64,000 nt of DNA from a virus. The position numbers and the translations under genes are program-made. The notes beneath the pieces are model-generated. The model searched no databases and was not told where the DNA came from. It saw only the letters and a list, made by a program, of their open reading frames with translations. The stretch lies in IMG/VR virus record IMGVR_UViG_3300042507_003741, positions 17,602 through 81,601 of that record; one strand, 5' to 3'. Below, in pieces: positions 8,694 through 19,700 of the stretch (its first letter is position 1; the number at the start of each line of letters is the position of its first letter).

Positions 8694-9383
8694 TTACGAC
8701 GCCGCCACCGCTGCCCGCTGCTCCTTCTTGGCCGCAGGTGCGGGCAACTTGGACACGCAGTCCGCAGCCACCAGACGCACGCGAGCGGCCGCTGCGGCAG
8801 ACAGTTGCCCGCCCTCGACCCCTCGCTCGACGCGACTCAAAACGGAGTTCACCGACACTTCGTCCTTCGCCGCCCGCAGGTTCGCTACAAGCGCCTTCTC
8901 GATTCGCGGCTCATCGTTGATCGACGCGGCCGCATGCGTGGCGTCGGCCTGCTGCCCGTCGTCGTCGCTGTCCGCAGCAATCCCGGCGATGGCGCACAAC
9001 GCCGCACGCTTGAGGTACGTCGCCGTCGAGGCCAGCGACTGCGGTGGCACGTTGCCCTTGAGCGGCAAGTACGACCGCTGGAACTGCCCAGACTTGTGGC
9101 CGAGCGTGGTCACCAGGATGAGCCCACCGTCCTCGCCGTGAGGCATGAACGTCTGGCTCACCGACAGGCCATTCGCTGCAAACGGCGCCCGCAGCGTGTC
9201 CAGAATCGTCGCCAAATCGGCGTAGTCCGGGATCGGCTCGCCGGTCCGCTTGTCCTTCTTGGCGAAATGAGACACGCAGGTGCGTGGTGCGTTTCGCAAC
9301 TGACCTAGCGCCGTCGCATGAGCGGCAAACAGTTGATCGAGATGCTCGGACGCCTCCTGCCACACAGATTGAAACTTCATCAC
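8694..9383 (-). CDS. ERF-family single-strand annealing protein
   Basis: YADLA..L..NGL.V.Q, TTLGHKSGQ, QSLASTATYLKR..L..IAGI..D.DDDG. Confidence 0.85.
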   Translation of the reverse strand: MMKFQSVWQEASEHLDQLFAAHATALGQLRNAPRTCVSHFAKKDKRTGEPIPDYADLATILDTLRAPFAANGLSVSQTFMPHGEDGGLILVTTLGHKSGQFQRSYLPLKGNVPPQSLASTATYLKRAALCAIAGIAADSDDDGQQADATHAAASINDEPRIEKALVANLRAAKDEVSVNSVLSRVERGVEGGQLSAAAAARVRLVAADCVSKLPAPAAKKEQRAAVAAS

Positions 9384-10201
9384 AGTCTCCCAAGAACGTG
9401 AGCCGGAAATGGAAGTTCAACAACCTCGCCGTGCGATTCCGGCAGCCACCAGTCGAGGTCTTCGCGCAATCGAAGTTCAGCAAGGGCGGCATCCATGAGC
9501 CGCCGGCCCTCTGCGACCACAGCAGAAGGGAGAGTCACGACCTGACAGTCGTGAGGCAGAGACGTTGAGACGACAATGAATCGCAGCGGCTGCGGGTCCA
9601 GCCCCATCGCTTCCATGCCGCACTGATACCACGCATCCTGGAGGTGGTAGCGGAAGTCCATGACTGACCGCCAGAAGTTCGCCAGGATGTCCGCCTCGCG
9701 GGTGGTCTTGAGGTCAATTGCCAGACCGTCGCGGGTGATCGCGTCGAACCTGCACTTGAGTTGGTGGCCTTCTGGCGAGCGCCAATACGCGCCCACTTCA
9801 TGCTCGGAGATTGTGGACAGGAGTTCACGGGATGCTGGGTTGTTCTTGATCGCCGACACTTCCGCGACGATCTGGGCTCGCTCCTTCGGGGATACGACTG
9901 TTGCCCCCTCTGGGGCCTCGTTTTTGGCCCATTTCTCCGCTTCTTTGCCAACCAGCCCGGTGGCTGTTAGGGTTGCTGGCGGAGGGACGACCAGCGACTC
10001 AAGGAAGTCATCGCCCAGTTCCAGCCACGAATGCAGCAGCGTGCCATGATCGGTGGCGCTGCTGGAGAACGGCGGCAGGGTCTTGGCGATGTACCGCTGG
10101 TGGTACAGGACAGGCGAGTCAAGGAGCGTTTTGATTCGGCTGCACGACCTGTGCGTTTCATTGGCGTGATACTCGGCGTTTGCCTCTCCTCGCCGAATCA
10201 C
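9380..10201 (-). CDS. RecE/DUF3799-like PD-(D/E)XK exonuclease (start uncertain)
   Basis: YHA..S.S.IK, GT..H, KCRFD, DLKTT, YHLQDAWY. Confidence 0.85.
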   Translation of the reverse strand: MIRRGEANAEYHANETHRSCSRIKTLLDSPVLYHQRYIAKTLPPFSSSATDHGTLLHSWLELGDDFLESLVVPPPATLTATGLVGKEAEKWAKNEAPEGATVVSPKERAQIVAEVSAIKNNPASRELLSTISEHEVGAYWRSPEGHQLKCRFDAITRDGLAIDLKTTREADILANFWRSVMDFRYHLQDAWYQCGMEAMGLDPQPLRFIVVSTSLPHDCQVVTLPSAVVAEGRRLMDAALAELRLREDLDWWLPESHGEVVELPFPAHVLGRL

Positions 10202-10358
10202 GGCCTCTACATGTGGCGAGTACGCTTCCGATTCTGTGGGCGTACATGCTGCTTGTAGGTGCTCCGTTTGAGGGGTTCGTACTTTGCCGGATGCGCAGCC
10301 GAGTTGAAAGTCGGCCGGGCTGTCCGATAAATCACCCCTCACATCAAGTGAGGCAACC

Positions 10359-11183
10359 ATGTCCAATAACCTCCCTGTCCTGGTGGAGCGATACCTCCGC
10401 TCCCGATCCGTCAGTCCTGGCTACGCCCGAAATGTCCGTGCCGTCTGCTTGGCCTGTCGCACCATGTCCGTCGATGCAATCAACACGTATCTGCAAAAAC
10501 GAATCGTCGAGGTGGCTTCGATTACCGCAGCGACCGAGCGAGCGATTCTCGTTGGCATCTGGAAGTGGGCCTACGAAACCGAAGTAGTGGATCGACTGCC
10601 ACGCGGAATAGTCAAGATCAAAATCGCCCGGCGTCCGACTCGGGCGTGGACTATAGAACAGTGCTGTACGGCCGTCAAGGGGACTTTCGCCCTCGCCGAA
10701 GAAGTGCGTCGGAAGCGGGTGACAGTCGGCCTTTTTCTGCGGTGCTGGATGCTGCTGGGGTACGAAACGGGCGCGAGGCACGGGGACTTGTGGGAGATGA
10801 GGCAAGAAGACTTCGACCTGGATGCCGGCACCGTCCGCTGGTCGCAGCACAAGACCGGCGAGCCGCACGTCAAGATCATGAGCCGGCCCTGCCTGCTGGC
10901 CGTCCAGGAGATGCTGGAGCGGTCGCCAGACGGTCGCGTGCTGGGTTGGGTGATGTCAAAGAAATCGGGTCATCGGCGGATGCGGAAGTACCTGCGTGAC
11001 ATGAAGTACGCGGGATCCTCCAAGTGGCTACGCCGCAGCGGGGCCACCCACATTGAGATGGAGCATCCTGGCAAGGGGCGGCTGCATCTTGGTCACAAGA
11101 CGCCTGGACTGGCCGAGCGGTGCTATATCGACTGGTCGCAGGTGCGCAGGGACATCCCGTGCGTGCCGTCGCTACTCAAATAG
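10359..11183 (+). CDS. tyrosine recombinase/integrase
   Basis: TGARHGDL (R), HKTG (K), KWLRRSGAT, LGHK, late Y; only convincing plus-strand gene of segment 1. Confidence 0.85.
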   Translation: MSNNLPVLVERYLRSRSVSPGYARNVRAVCLACRTMSVDAINTYLQKRIVEVASITAATERAILVGIWKWAYETEVVDRLPRGIVKIKIARRPTRAWTIEQCCTAVKGTFALAEEVRRKRVTVGLFLRCWMLLGYETGARHGDLWEMRQEDFDLDAGTVRWSQHKTGEPHVKIMSRPCLLAVQEMLERSPDGRVLGWVMSKKSGHRRMRKYLRDMKYAGSSKWLRRSGATHIEMEHPGKGRLHLGHKTPGLAERCYIDWSQVRRDIPCVPSLLK

Positions 11184-14100
11184 GGAGATGGCGCTGGTGT
11201 CCGACTTCCGCTTCTTGGGCTTCTTCTTCTCACCGACCTTTTTCCGAGCCTCGCGACGTTCTCGTCCAAGCGCTCGGGAGACGGCCATCCGCTGCAACGC
11301 CCACTGCGGCACTCCCGGCTGGAGGTGCTCGGGGATGTATGTCTGCTGGAACTCGCGGGTATACGGGTCAATGGACTCCTCGATCTGCCGCACGGCGTCG
11401 GCAAGGGCGTCCTGCTGGGCCACGTCCCGAATCTTGATCCCGGAAAGGGCATTCAATCCGGTCTTGCCGATGCGATGCGAGAGAGGCTGGCCGCCGCGAT
11501 CATCGAGCAGCGAGCGGGCGACGTACAGCGGACGGCCAACGAACGGGGCGGCCTCGATCAACTTCTCTGGGAGAGTCGGCACATCGGCGTACGGGTTGCC
11601 GCTCACCGCACGAGCAATAGCGTCGAGCGAGGATGTCGCTTCGGAGAGCGGGCGGTTGGTGAACAGGTCTTTGCCGAATGCAAACTCAGCCCCCATCCGG
11701 AGGAGCGGGTGCGTCTGCATGGCGATCTGCCGTGCCGTGCCAGACGCCATGCCGCCAATCGTTCCCGGAGTCTCGATCATGTTGATCTGGTCGAAGCCCG
11801 GTGCGTCGATGTCGGTCAAGTAGGTCTGCGTGCCCGGCGCAGGAACGCCGCCGAACACCTCCGGGATCGGGAAGGCAAACTGCGACCGCAGGCCAGACGG
11901 GATGTAGGTGTCCTCGCCCTCGTCCTGCACTGCTTCGGTGGCGCGGATCATTTGCCCGTACCGCCCGCCCGGTCGCTCCGCGAGTTGCCGCAGCACTTCG
12001 CGGAAAATCCTGCTCTGGTACGAGTACCAAGGAAAAACCGCCTTCAGCAGCGATTTCTCCATACCGGATAGGGATGAGTAATCGACGTGGGCGCGTTTCA
12101 TTGCCGCCGCCGCCGCCATCGGATCGTAGCCCTGCTTGAGCAGAGCGATGTACCCAGTGAGCCTGTTCACGCCATCGGTCAGCGAGTTCATCCGCTCGCC
12201 AGCCCGGAGCAGCGGATTGGTCTGCTCGGCCAGCGGATTGCGTTTGGATCGCCAATTGAGGAAGTCCTGCGTGTTCCACCCCTTGCCCAGTTCTCGTCCG
12301 ATGGACGCCATGCTGATCGGGTCGGATCCGATGATGTTGTCCAGCGCCCGCTGGCCTGTGACGCTGGCACTCAAGTCGCTGACCGAGCCGCTGCTGACAA
12401 GGCCGGTGCTGGACAGGTCGGCGTAGAACTGGGCCAGCCCGTCGTCGTTGGCGTAGCGTGGGATGGATGCCAGCGTGCTGCGGAACTTGTCGCTGTCTGG
12501 CCCTTCCATGACCAACGCCTTTGCGGCACGGACGGAATCCAGGTCGAGCGCTCCCTCCAGCCAGTTGCTGATTGCCCCAGAATACAGGTCACGCACTGCC
12601 CGTGAGGGCCATGCCAAGATCGAGCCACGCCACGCCTGCGTGTAGTGGTCCAGCCCCCGCATGAACGCACCGGCCGCCTCGCCCGTGCTGTACAGGTCTT
12701 TGGCACGAGTCAGCCGGTTGATGTGTTCTTCCGGGATGGAGAACTGATTGAGGTTGATTTCGTCGGCGTCCTTGCCAAGCAACTTCGCGAGACGCTCACG
12801 CATCTGCTGTGCGGCACCGACCTGCGGCGTGATGTTGGACAGTGTGCCTTTGGATGGCACGGCGAACACCTGACTGCTTGCGTCGTCGTACGTCTTCAGT
12901 CCAAGACGCTGGATCGCTGTGGGCAGAGAGATGTGCCGACCGCGACCTGTGGTGTCCACCAAGTTGTAGGGCTTGTCTACGGCAAACGTCGCTACGGAGT
13001 CGAGCAGCGTTGTGCCCGTGCCCAACGCCTCGCCTGTGTTGCGAACGTAGGAACCAATCATGTCCGTTGGGTGCTGGCCGAACAGGGGCATCTTCTGCAC
13101 CACCTCGTCAGGCAGTGCATTGAGGACGCGGGCAATCCTGCGGGCCTTCTTCATCGTGACTTTTGGCTGTCCGGAAGCCACGAGCGCGTTCAGTTTATTG
13201 CGGATGTAGTTGGCCGCTGCCTCGTCTGTCTTCAGCGTCCGCTTGGGGCCAGAGACGTTGGTGTCTTTTGACAGGTCGATGATGGTCTGCCGCCCGCCTG
13301 GAACCGACATGGCGTCGGTGCGGCGAAGGGCGTCGGTCGTCATGAACGACAACTCGCTGCCCAGTTTGCGGTTGACTCGGGCCTCCATCTCAAGGGCGGG
13401 ATCGGCCCGGCGAGGCAGGTAGTCGATGCCGTATTTGTCGGTTAGCGGCTCGCCGTTGAGTCCGAGTTCCCGTCGCTCGCCCAGCGATGTGTCCCGCTTG
13501 GAGGCCCACCAGTCGGCGTACTCCTTCAAAGCCGGGCGGCTGGTGACGTACTGCACGTCCTCTGGCTTTCGGGCAGCCGCGCCCTCAAGGTATCGGCCGA
13601 GCCGTTCGTTGCCCTCTGGCGAGAACACCTCCGGGTGCGCTTGCCGGAGGCGAGACAGTTGAGCGGTGTGTTCGGCCGTCGCCGCCCCGCCACCAACCTT
13701 GCGGGCCTGGAAGTTGGCGATGTTGGTGATCTGCTCCTCCGCGTCGATCTTGCCTCCAACGCGGGCGTCGAAGCCAGCAGCCAGACTGCGGCCCGGCAGG
13801 CTCCATCGGTATGCCTGACCGAAGGAATCCAGCGCATCGGCAAACGTGTCGCCGAACCCCTTGCCCAGCCAATCGCCCACGACGAGCGGATCGCCCATCG
13901 GCAGGCCCAAGCCAAAAGACTTGGCGAGCGGCTGGTTGCGAATCTGGGCAAGTTGCGCATCTCCGAGCAACTGGCGGGCAGACTCCTCCGCCGCCTTCGG
14001 GTCGTCGGCGTACTTGATGAGGTCGTCCAGCGTGCCCGCTCTGCGGGCCGTCCTGGTGCCGTATAGCGGCCGACCGACCGTCGCGGGATCAAAGGTACTG

Positions 14101-14660
14101 ATCGTGCGTCCAGTGGCCTCTAACGCCTTCTTGGTGCGTCTGGCGACGGATGGCAGGAGGTCGTCTGCCATCCCGGTCGAGATGGCCTTCCTGGTAAGGG
14201 CGGTCGGAGCCGTGTCGAGCAGGCTCCCGGTGGTGCCGGCCAACTTGGCCGCCGCCTTGCCGCCGGGCGTGAGCGCCTTCGCCGGCCCGGAGAGCAGGGC
14301 CAACGGATCGGTAAAGACTTCGGTTGCCAGCCCGCCTGCGAAGTTGAGCCAGTTGTCCTCCGGCCCAGCCAGCCCGGCCATCCGGTTCAGTTCCCGGCCC
14401 GTGACCCGCTCGCCCGCCTTTCCAGCAAGGGCACCACGCAGGTAGTCGCCGGGAGCCGCGAGGGCATCGCCGACTCGCGACAGCGTGCCGCCGGTTACGG
14501 CACCAATCTCGGCCAGAACGGAGTCTCGCTCCTGTGGCGTGACGACATCCCTCTCGACCGGCTCGTCAGCCAGCAAGGCGTCATCGAAAAGCGGGATGTA
14601 GCCTGCGGGTCGCTTGCGTTTCCGCTCGTCCTCAAACAGCCCGCCTTCAAAGAGGTTCAT
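11172..14660 (-). CDS. large internal virion (DNA ejection) protein
   Basis: ~1160 aa, end of structural operon; homologue of 50156-53794 (RVTGREL, NFAG.LA.EV..DP, VDYS..P.YS.Q). Confidence 0.65.
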   Translation of the reverse strand: MNLFEGGLFEDERKRKRPAGYIPLFDDALLADEPVERDVVTPQERDSVLAEIGAVTGGTLSRVGDALAAPGDYLRGALAGKAGERVTGRELNRMAGLAGPEDNWLNFAGGLATEVFTDPLALLSGPAKALTPGGKAAAKLAGTTGSLLDTAPTALTRKAISTGMADDLLPSVARRTKKALEATGRTISTFDPATVGRPLYGTRTARRAGTLDDLIKYADDPKAAEESARQLLGDAQLAQIRNQPLAKSFGLGLPMGDPLVVGDWLGKGFGDTFADALDSFGQAYRWSLPGRSLAAGFDARVGGKIDAEEQITNIANFQARKVGGGAATAEHTAQLSRLRQAHPEVFSPEGNERLGRYLEGAAARKPEDVQYVTSRPALKEYADWWASKRDTSLGERRELGLNGEPLTDKYGIDYLPRRADPALEMEARVNRKLGSELSFMTTDALRRTDAMSVPGGRQTIIDLSKDTNVSGPKRTLKTDEAAANYIRNKLNALVASGQPKVTMKKARRIARVLNALPDEVVQKMPLFGQHPTDMIGSYVRNTGEALGTGTTLLDSVATFAVDKPYNLVDTTGRGRHISLPTAIQRLGLKTYDDASSQVFAVPSKGTLSNITPQVGAAQQMRERLAKLLGKDADEINLNQFSIPEEHINRLTRAKDLYSTGEAAGAFMRGLDHYTQAWRGSILAWPSRAVRDLYSGAISNWLEGALDLDSVRAAKALVMEGPDSDKFRSTLASIPRYANDDGLAQFYADLSSTGLVSSGSVSDLSASVTGQRALDNIIGSDPISMASIGRELGKGWNTQDFLNWRSKRNPLAEQTNPLLRAGERMNSLTDGVNRLTGYIALLKQGYDPMAAAAAMKRAHVDYSSLSGMEKSLLKAVFPWYSYQSRIFREVLRQLAERPGGRYGQMIRATEAVQDEGEDTYIPSGLRSQFAFPIPEVFGGVPAPGTQTYLTDIDAPGFDQINMIETPGTIGGMASGTARQIAMQTHPLLRMGAEFAFGKDLFTNRPLSEATSSLDAIARAVSGNPYADVPTLPEKLIEAAPFVGRPLYVARSLLDDRGGQPLSHRIGKTGLNALSGIKIRDVAQQDALADAVRQIEESIDPYTREFQQTYIPEHLQPGVPQWALQRMAVSRALGRERREARKKVGEKKKPKKRKSDTSAISLFE

Positions 14661-16756
14661 TGTTGTGGTGCTGGGTAACCTGCCACGCCGCGAGCGAAGT
14701 TCGCAGGCCCGCCGATGACATAGTCCGGAGCGCCCCTGAGCGACTGACCGGCCGAGTACGCCCAACTGCCGCCTGCGGAGGCGTGCATCTTTTCCGCTTG
14801 GTCGGGGCTCAGTTTGAGCACGTCTCGCGCAAACGCCAAGAACGCCGGCTTGTCATTGACAAGCGCCCGCAAGTGCGCTTTGACTTCTCGGCTGTTTGGA
14901 TTGATGCCTGCTTGATGCTCCAAGACGATAGCCTGCACCCGCGCAGGGATTTGCGCTGGGTCCATTCCGGACTTTTGCAACACCAGCGTCAGGGCTGCGT
15001 CCCTCTGCTCCGGAGGCATCCTCAAGGCGTCCATGAACTGCGGCATCAGTTGTGACGGGAGGGTGCTGTCTTGCTGCGGCTCTTCCTGGCCGGCTTGGGC
15101 TCTCGCCTGCGCGGCAGCCAGAGCGGCAGCGTTTGCACGCTCACCCATCGCCAAGTCCATCGCCCGCTGGGCGCCACGCGGATTCCCGGCGATGTCATTT
15201 GCCGTCGCCAGCATGACGGGATCGCCTTGACGCACAGCGTCGATCAGCGAGCGGACCGCCATGCCAGGAGCAAGGTTCGGGTTGCGAAGGTCGCGCGTCA
15301 GGCTGAAGTTGGCCTGCCGATCACGCCACGTCTGGTTTTGCAGGTCCGTCAACTGGAACCGCATCTGCTCGTTGATCTCACGCATCTTCGTGAAACCGTC
15401 TGGCGAATTGACAAGCCCAACCAGCGCCTGCTTCTGCTCGGGCGACATCATGCGACCGTAGCGGGCGACGATAGTCCGGGCGAACTCCATCTTTCGCTCG
15501 GGACTCATCTTCGCCTCATTGTCGAGGCGGGCCTGTGCCATCTTCTCGGGATTCGCGGCATACCGAGTGCCGCCCATGGGCGTCCGGACGGTGTCGTACT
15601 TGGTCCCCAGCCGGTCGTGTCGCTCTTTCTCGCGAGCCACGTCAGCGGCCAGCAGCGCACGGTCTTCCGGCTTGGTGCCGTCGTACTGCGACACGTCGAT
15701 GCCGTACGCCTTGCCCATTTCGCGGTGCTGCTCAAAACTCCCCTCGCCGTAATACTCTGCCGCTCGCTTGGCATCTTCCAGGCGGTAGGCTTCTGGCGCC
15801 CGAGAGGACATCGAGCCGTCGGCGTTGAACGTGAACGTGCCGCCGTGAGCAGTCTGCGGCACCTCTGGCGTGTAGACATCGCGCGACATGCCCCTCATCT
15901 GCTCGGGCGTGTACACGCCGGGCTTGAGTCCCTCCGGCAGCGGCTTTCCGGCGGCGCGGCGGGCCTGCGCCAGCGGGCTGAGATCGCTGGGGGAGCCGTA
16001 CGCCGCACGCATGGCAGCCTCGCGGGCGGGAGGAGGCATGTCGCCGTACTTGAATCCGAGATAGTCCTCAAAACTCTCGCCGTGTGCGTGCGACCCGCTC
16101 TCAAACTGCTGACGAACCGCCGCCTTTTCTTGGGGCGACAGCCGGTCAAACACGTCCATGGAAGTGACCTGCTCCTCGCCGGGAAGCGTCCCAGACTCCG
16201 GAGGCAGATTCCATCCAGGCACCGGACTCTTTCCTTCGTATTTCGGAGCCTTGCTGTGTGCGGGCGGCACCGGCATGGCGTCCAGGCCGGTCTTGGGCGC
16301 GGGCACAGGAATGTCCATGTTCAAGACATCCGCCGGCGGCAGGCCCAGCGGGTTCGTCGGGTCGGTCGTGGCGGCAACAGCAGCGCCGGCGGCCTCCGTG
16401 CTTGGCGTCCATGAGTTGCCGCGTTCCCAGTTGCGGGTTGCCGCCGGAGCGGTGTTTGTCTTAGCCACTCTGGCAGTTGCGGTTGGGGCAGCCGTAGGCC
16501 GCGAGTACGGGCTGGGGTCCGGAATCGCGAGCGTCTCCTGCGGGGGCGCGCTCCCCTCTTCCGGCATCAGCAGCGGATCTGCGGCCTGCCGAGTTCGTGC
16601 AGTACGCTCTGCCGCCAACTGACGCTGGGCCGCTTGCAGTTCACGCACCCTGGACGCACGCTCGTCAGCGCGGCGAGCCTCACGCGCCAGATACTGACGC
16701 TTGAACATGTCGGCAAACCCGGCTTCGGCAATGGGCGCAGAGTCCGCCATCGTCAT
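14657..16756 (-). CDS. putative internal virion protein
   Basis: Ala/Gln-rich helical protein; syntenic with 53798-55447. Confidence 0.55.
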   Translation of the reverse strand: MTMADSAPIAEAGFADMFKRQYLAREARRADERASRVRELQAAQRQLAAERTARTRQAADPLLMPEEGSAPPQETLAIPDPSPYSRPTAAPTATARVAKTNTAPAATRNWERGNSWTPSTEAAGAAVAATTDPTNPLGLPPADVLNMDIPVPAPKTGLDAMPVPPAHSKAPKYEGKSPVPGWNLPPESGTLPGEEQVTSMDVFDRLSPQEKAAVRQQFESGSHAHGESFEDYLGFKYGDMPPPAREAAMRAAYGSPSDLSPLAQARRAAGKPLPEGLKPGVYTPEQMRGMSRDVYTPEVPQTAHGGTFTFNADGSMSSRAPEAYRLEDAKRAAEYYGEGSFEQHREMGKAYGIDVSQYDGTKPEDRALLAADVAREKERHDRLGTKYDTVRTPMGGTRYAANPEKMAQARLDNEAKMSPERKMEFARTIVARYGRMMSPEQKQALVGLVNSPDGFTKMREINEQMRFQLTDLQNQTWRDRQANFSLTRDLRNPNLAPGMAVRSLIDAVRQGDPVMLATANDIAGNPRGAQRAMDLAMGERANAAALAAAQARAQAGQEEPQQDSTLPSQLMPQFMDALRMPPEQRDAALTLVLQKSGMDPAQIPARVQAIVLEHQAGINPNSREVKAHLRALVNDKPAFLAFARDVLKLSPDQAEKMHASAGGSWAYSAGQSLRGAPDYVIGGPANFARGVAGYPAPQQ

Positions 16757-19700
16757 CTCCCGAACAGGTAGTTTTGGTACGTCTGATAGGTCTGCGGCCC
16801 GCCGCCGCGAGAGCCGCGAATACGGTCAAGAGCCCGCTGAATCGCTGCCTCTTGCTCCAGTTGATCGTCCATTGGCACGCTCGCACCGTCTCGCACCGGG
16901 ATCGGGTAAAAGTCGCCGCCACCGCCGCCAGGGCCGCCACCGGAGCCACCGGCCGGAATGGGGATGTCAATGAAACCGCCGCCGCCGCTGTTTATCCGTG
17001 CGAGGCCGCCCAGAGTGCCGCCGACGGCCGCAGTGCCGACGATCCAGGGCCACTTGCCACGTTTCTTCTGCCCCTTATTCTTGGCCTCCGGCTGCCCTGC
17101 CTGCGGCGTGTCATCTGCTGCCTTCTTTGCGATAGCCGTCTCTGGGGCGTCGATCTGATCCTCGTCCGCAAGGCGAACCGGCTTGATCGGGTCTGCCTGC
17201 GGAGCGTCGGCGGCAGCCGCAGGGGTGGCCGCAGTCGCCGCAGGCGGGTCTACGTCCGCCGGCGCTGGCGAGGCAGGCGCAGGATCGCTAGACGCCGGAG
17301 CGGCATCGCCCTTGATGGGCTTGATGCGGAGTTGCCTCTGCTCGTTGATGTACTTGCTGGCGGCATCGCGGGCAGACGTCCGGGCTTCGTCTTCGCCGTC
17401 ACCCATGTCGATGTAGTTGCGATAGGTCTGGTCGTAGACTTCCTGCCCCTCCTGGTCGATGTCCTTGATGATGTCTTCATCGCTGCGGCTGGCGGCGCTG
17501 GCCGCGTTCTTGCCGGCAGGAGCCGGGTCGCCATCAATGTCGGAGATGTCCGTAGCGGAGGCTTCCAGTTTGGCTTCTTCGGCAGTCGAGGACTTGCCTC
17601 CCCTTCGCCGCGATGGCTTGGCCGGCGGCTCGGCAGGAGCAGCCTGCGAAGGCGCGGCAGCGCTGGTGCCTGTGCCGCTCTCCAGATCGGGGGCCACGTC
17701 TTCGCGGAGAATCTGCTTGCCGGCGACTGTGCGGGCGGACTCGTTGCGGTTCTGCGGGCCGAAATAGTCCTCAAGCGCTCGGATAATGGCCGCCCGATCC
17801 TGCTCAAAGCCCTTGTCGCCGGGCTTGAAAACGGTTTGGCCGGCGAGCAGGTCGTCTGCGAGTTGCTCGGGCGTTTCAAAAGGGACAAACGTGAAGCCGC
17901 CGGTGTCCGCTTTCCGCCCCAGCGGGTTGCTCGTCCCGTAGAGGGCGCCGAGAGCCTGTTGAATGTCGCTCTCGCGCCGCGAGCCGCCAAGACGCCCGCG
18001 CTTGCCCTGCTGGCCGAGAGCACTCACTTCGTCGTCGGGCGATTCGGGAATCACGTCGTCCGGAACATTCGACGTAGCGTCCAGTTGCCGCCTAGCGTCA
18101 GCATTCAAGATGGCACGCTCGGCCGCAGACAACTCGTCGCTGGCACGATTGAGATTGTATGCAGCACGCGGCCGTCGCCCGACCAGTTTCATCACGAGGT
18201 TGTCTCGCACCGACTGAATGCTCTCGCGGTTGAGCATGCTGTCGGGGTACGCCGGCCGGCCCCGCTCAAGAACCCAGCCCTTCGGAACGTCCTCGCTTCG
18301 CATGCCGGCCGGCGCGCGCTGCACTCGGCCAGTCCTCTGCTCTACGAGTCGCGGCGGGTACAACTTGTCGAGTTCCCTCTGCGCCTGCGTTACTTTTTGC
18401 TGAGCGCGTGCAAGTGCCTCCGCGCCTTTGGCGCTCTGCATTTCGGCAAGGGCAGCGGTGAGGCTGTCCTCCGCCGTGCGGGCCGCCGCGACCGCGTCCC
18501 GGTCGCGAGTGTCAGGCAGGCGCTCGCGGATGGGCCGCACTTCAAGCGGTGTCGCAGAGTCGTCGCCCTTGAAGGCAAGCGGGATATTCCCATCTGGGAA
18601 CATGCCCTTGCGCACTTCTTCGGGCATCCCGCCGCCGACTGCCCTGCGGTCTAGGGCCTCCTCGCGGGCGCGATTCACCGCCACGCCTTCGTCGAAGGCG
18701 GTCGGCATGTTCGCCTGACCAATGTCTTCGATTACCGTCACCGGCGTACGAGCACCTGGAGCAATGCCGGGACGCGGCGCAGGGGCGACCGAAGAACGCA
18801 GCAGTCGCTCTTGCTCGGCCAGATAGTCCGGGTCGGTGCCGACGATGGCGCGCCGCAACTCCGACGCCGCCTGCTGCCGCTGCAAGAAAGAAGTCCGGGC
18901 ACCCGAGATCATCTCCTCCATCGCCTGCCGTGCTTCGTCCGTGTCGGCCGGGCGCGTGCGGATGTCGTCCACCACGTCGCGAGCAGCAGCAATGGCGGCC
19001 TCGTCGCCAGATCGCATGGCGGTGTCCAGGCGAATCAAAGCCTGCTCCATCTCGTTGCCGCCACGCAGCAACTCTGCCACCGCATTGGGGTCGAACGCCG
19101 GCCCGTCTGTGCCGCGACTGAGGCGCTTCTCGATGAACGGCCGTGCCGCCGTTTGGTCTTCTGGCCCACGCCGGAGGCCCATCGGGTGGGGCCTGCTTGC
19201 CGTAGCGCCGGAGTCCAGTCGGAGCGGCGCGTCGCCCGGCTTGCGACGCTCCTTGAAAACGCTGGGGTCGAGCGCCCCTCGTCCGCCGGTCATAGGCTCC
19301 AGCGAGCGGCCAGAGGACAGCCGCGCCAGCACGGCTTCCCGACGTTCGGCCGGCATCGCGTTGAACGCCGATGCCAATGCGTTCCAGTCGCCTTCCGGCA
19401 TGGCTTCTTCGACCAGTTGGCGTGCTGTCCGCACGTCCACGCCCGCTGCCGCCGCATCCGCAGACCCGGCTCGCGAGGCAGCCGCAACCTCGCGTGCATT
19501 TCGGGCGGCAGTGAGTTGCTGGCCTGCGCGGGTCGCGTCTGGAACTTCCGCCATCTCCGCAAGAGTGTCGAGTCGCTGCTGGGCAGCCGCAATCGCAGCC
19601 TGCCGCCTCTCGGGAATGCGCTTGGCATCGACGGACTCAATGCCGGCCGCCAGTGCGGGATGAGAAAGCAGCGCCTCACGCTCGGCCTCATTCAATCGCG

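Noticed and set aside
10359-11183. Calling either tyrosine recombinase an integron integrase (IntI)
   Set aside because: Too short, no visible IntI-specific insertion, 6.6-30 kb from the array, and no attI recognised
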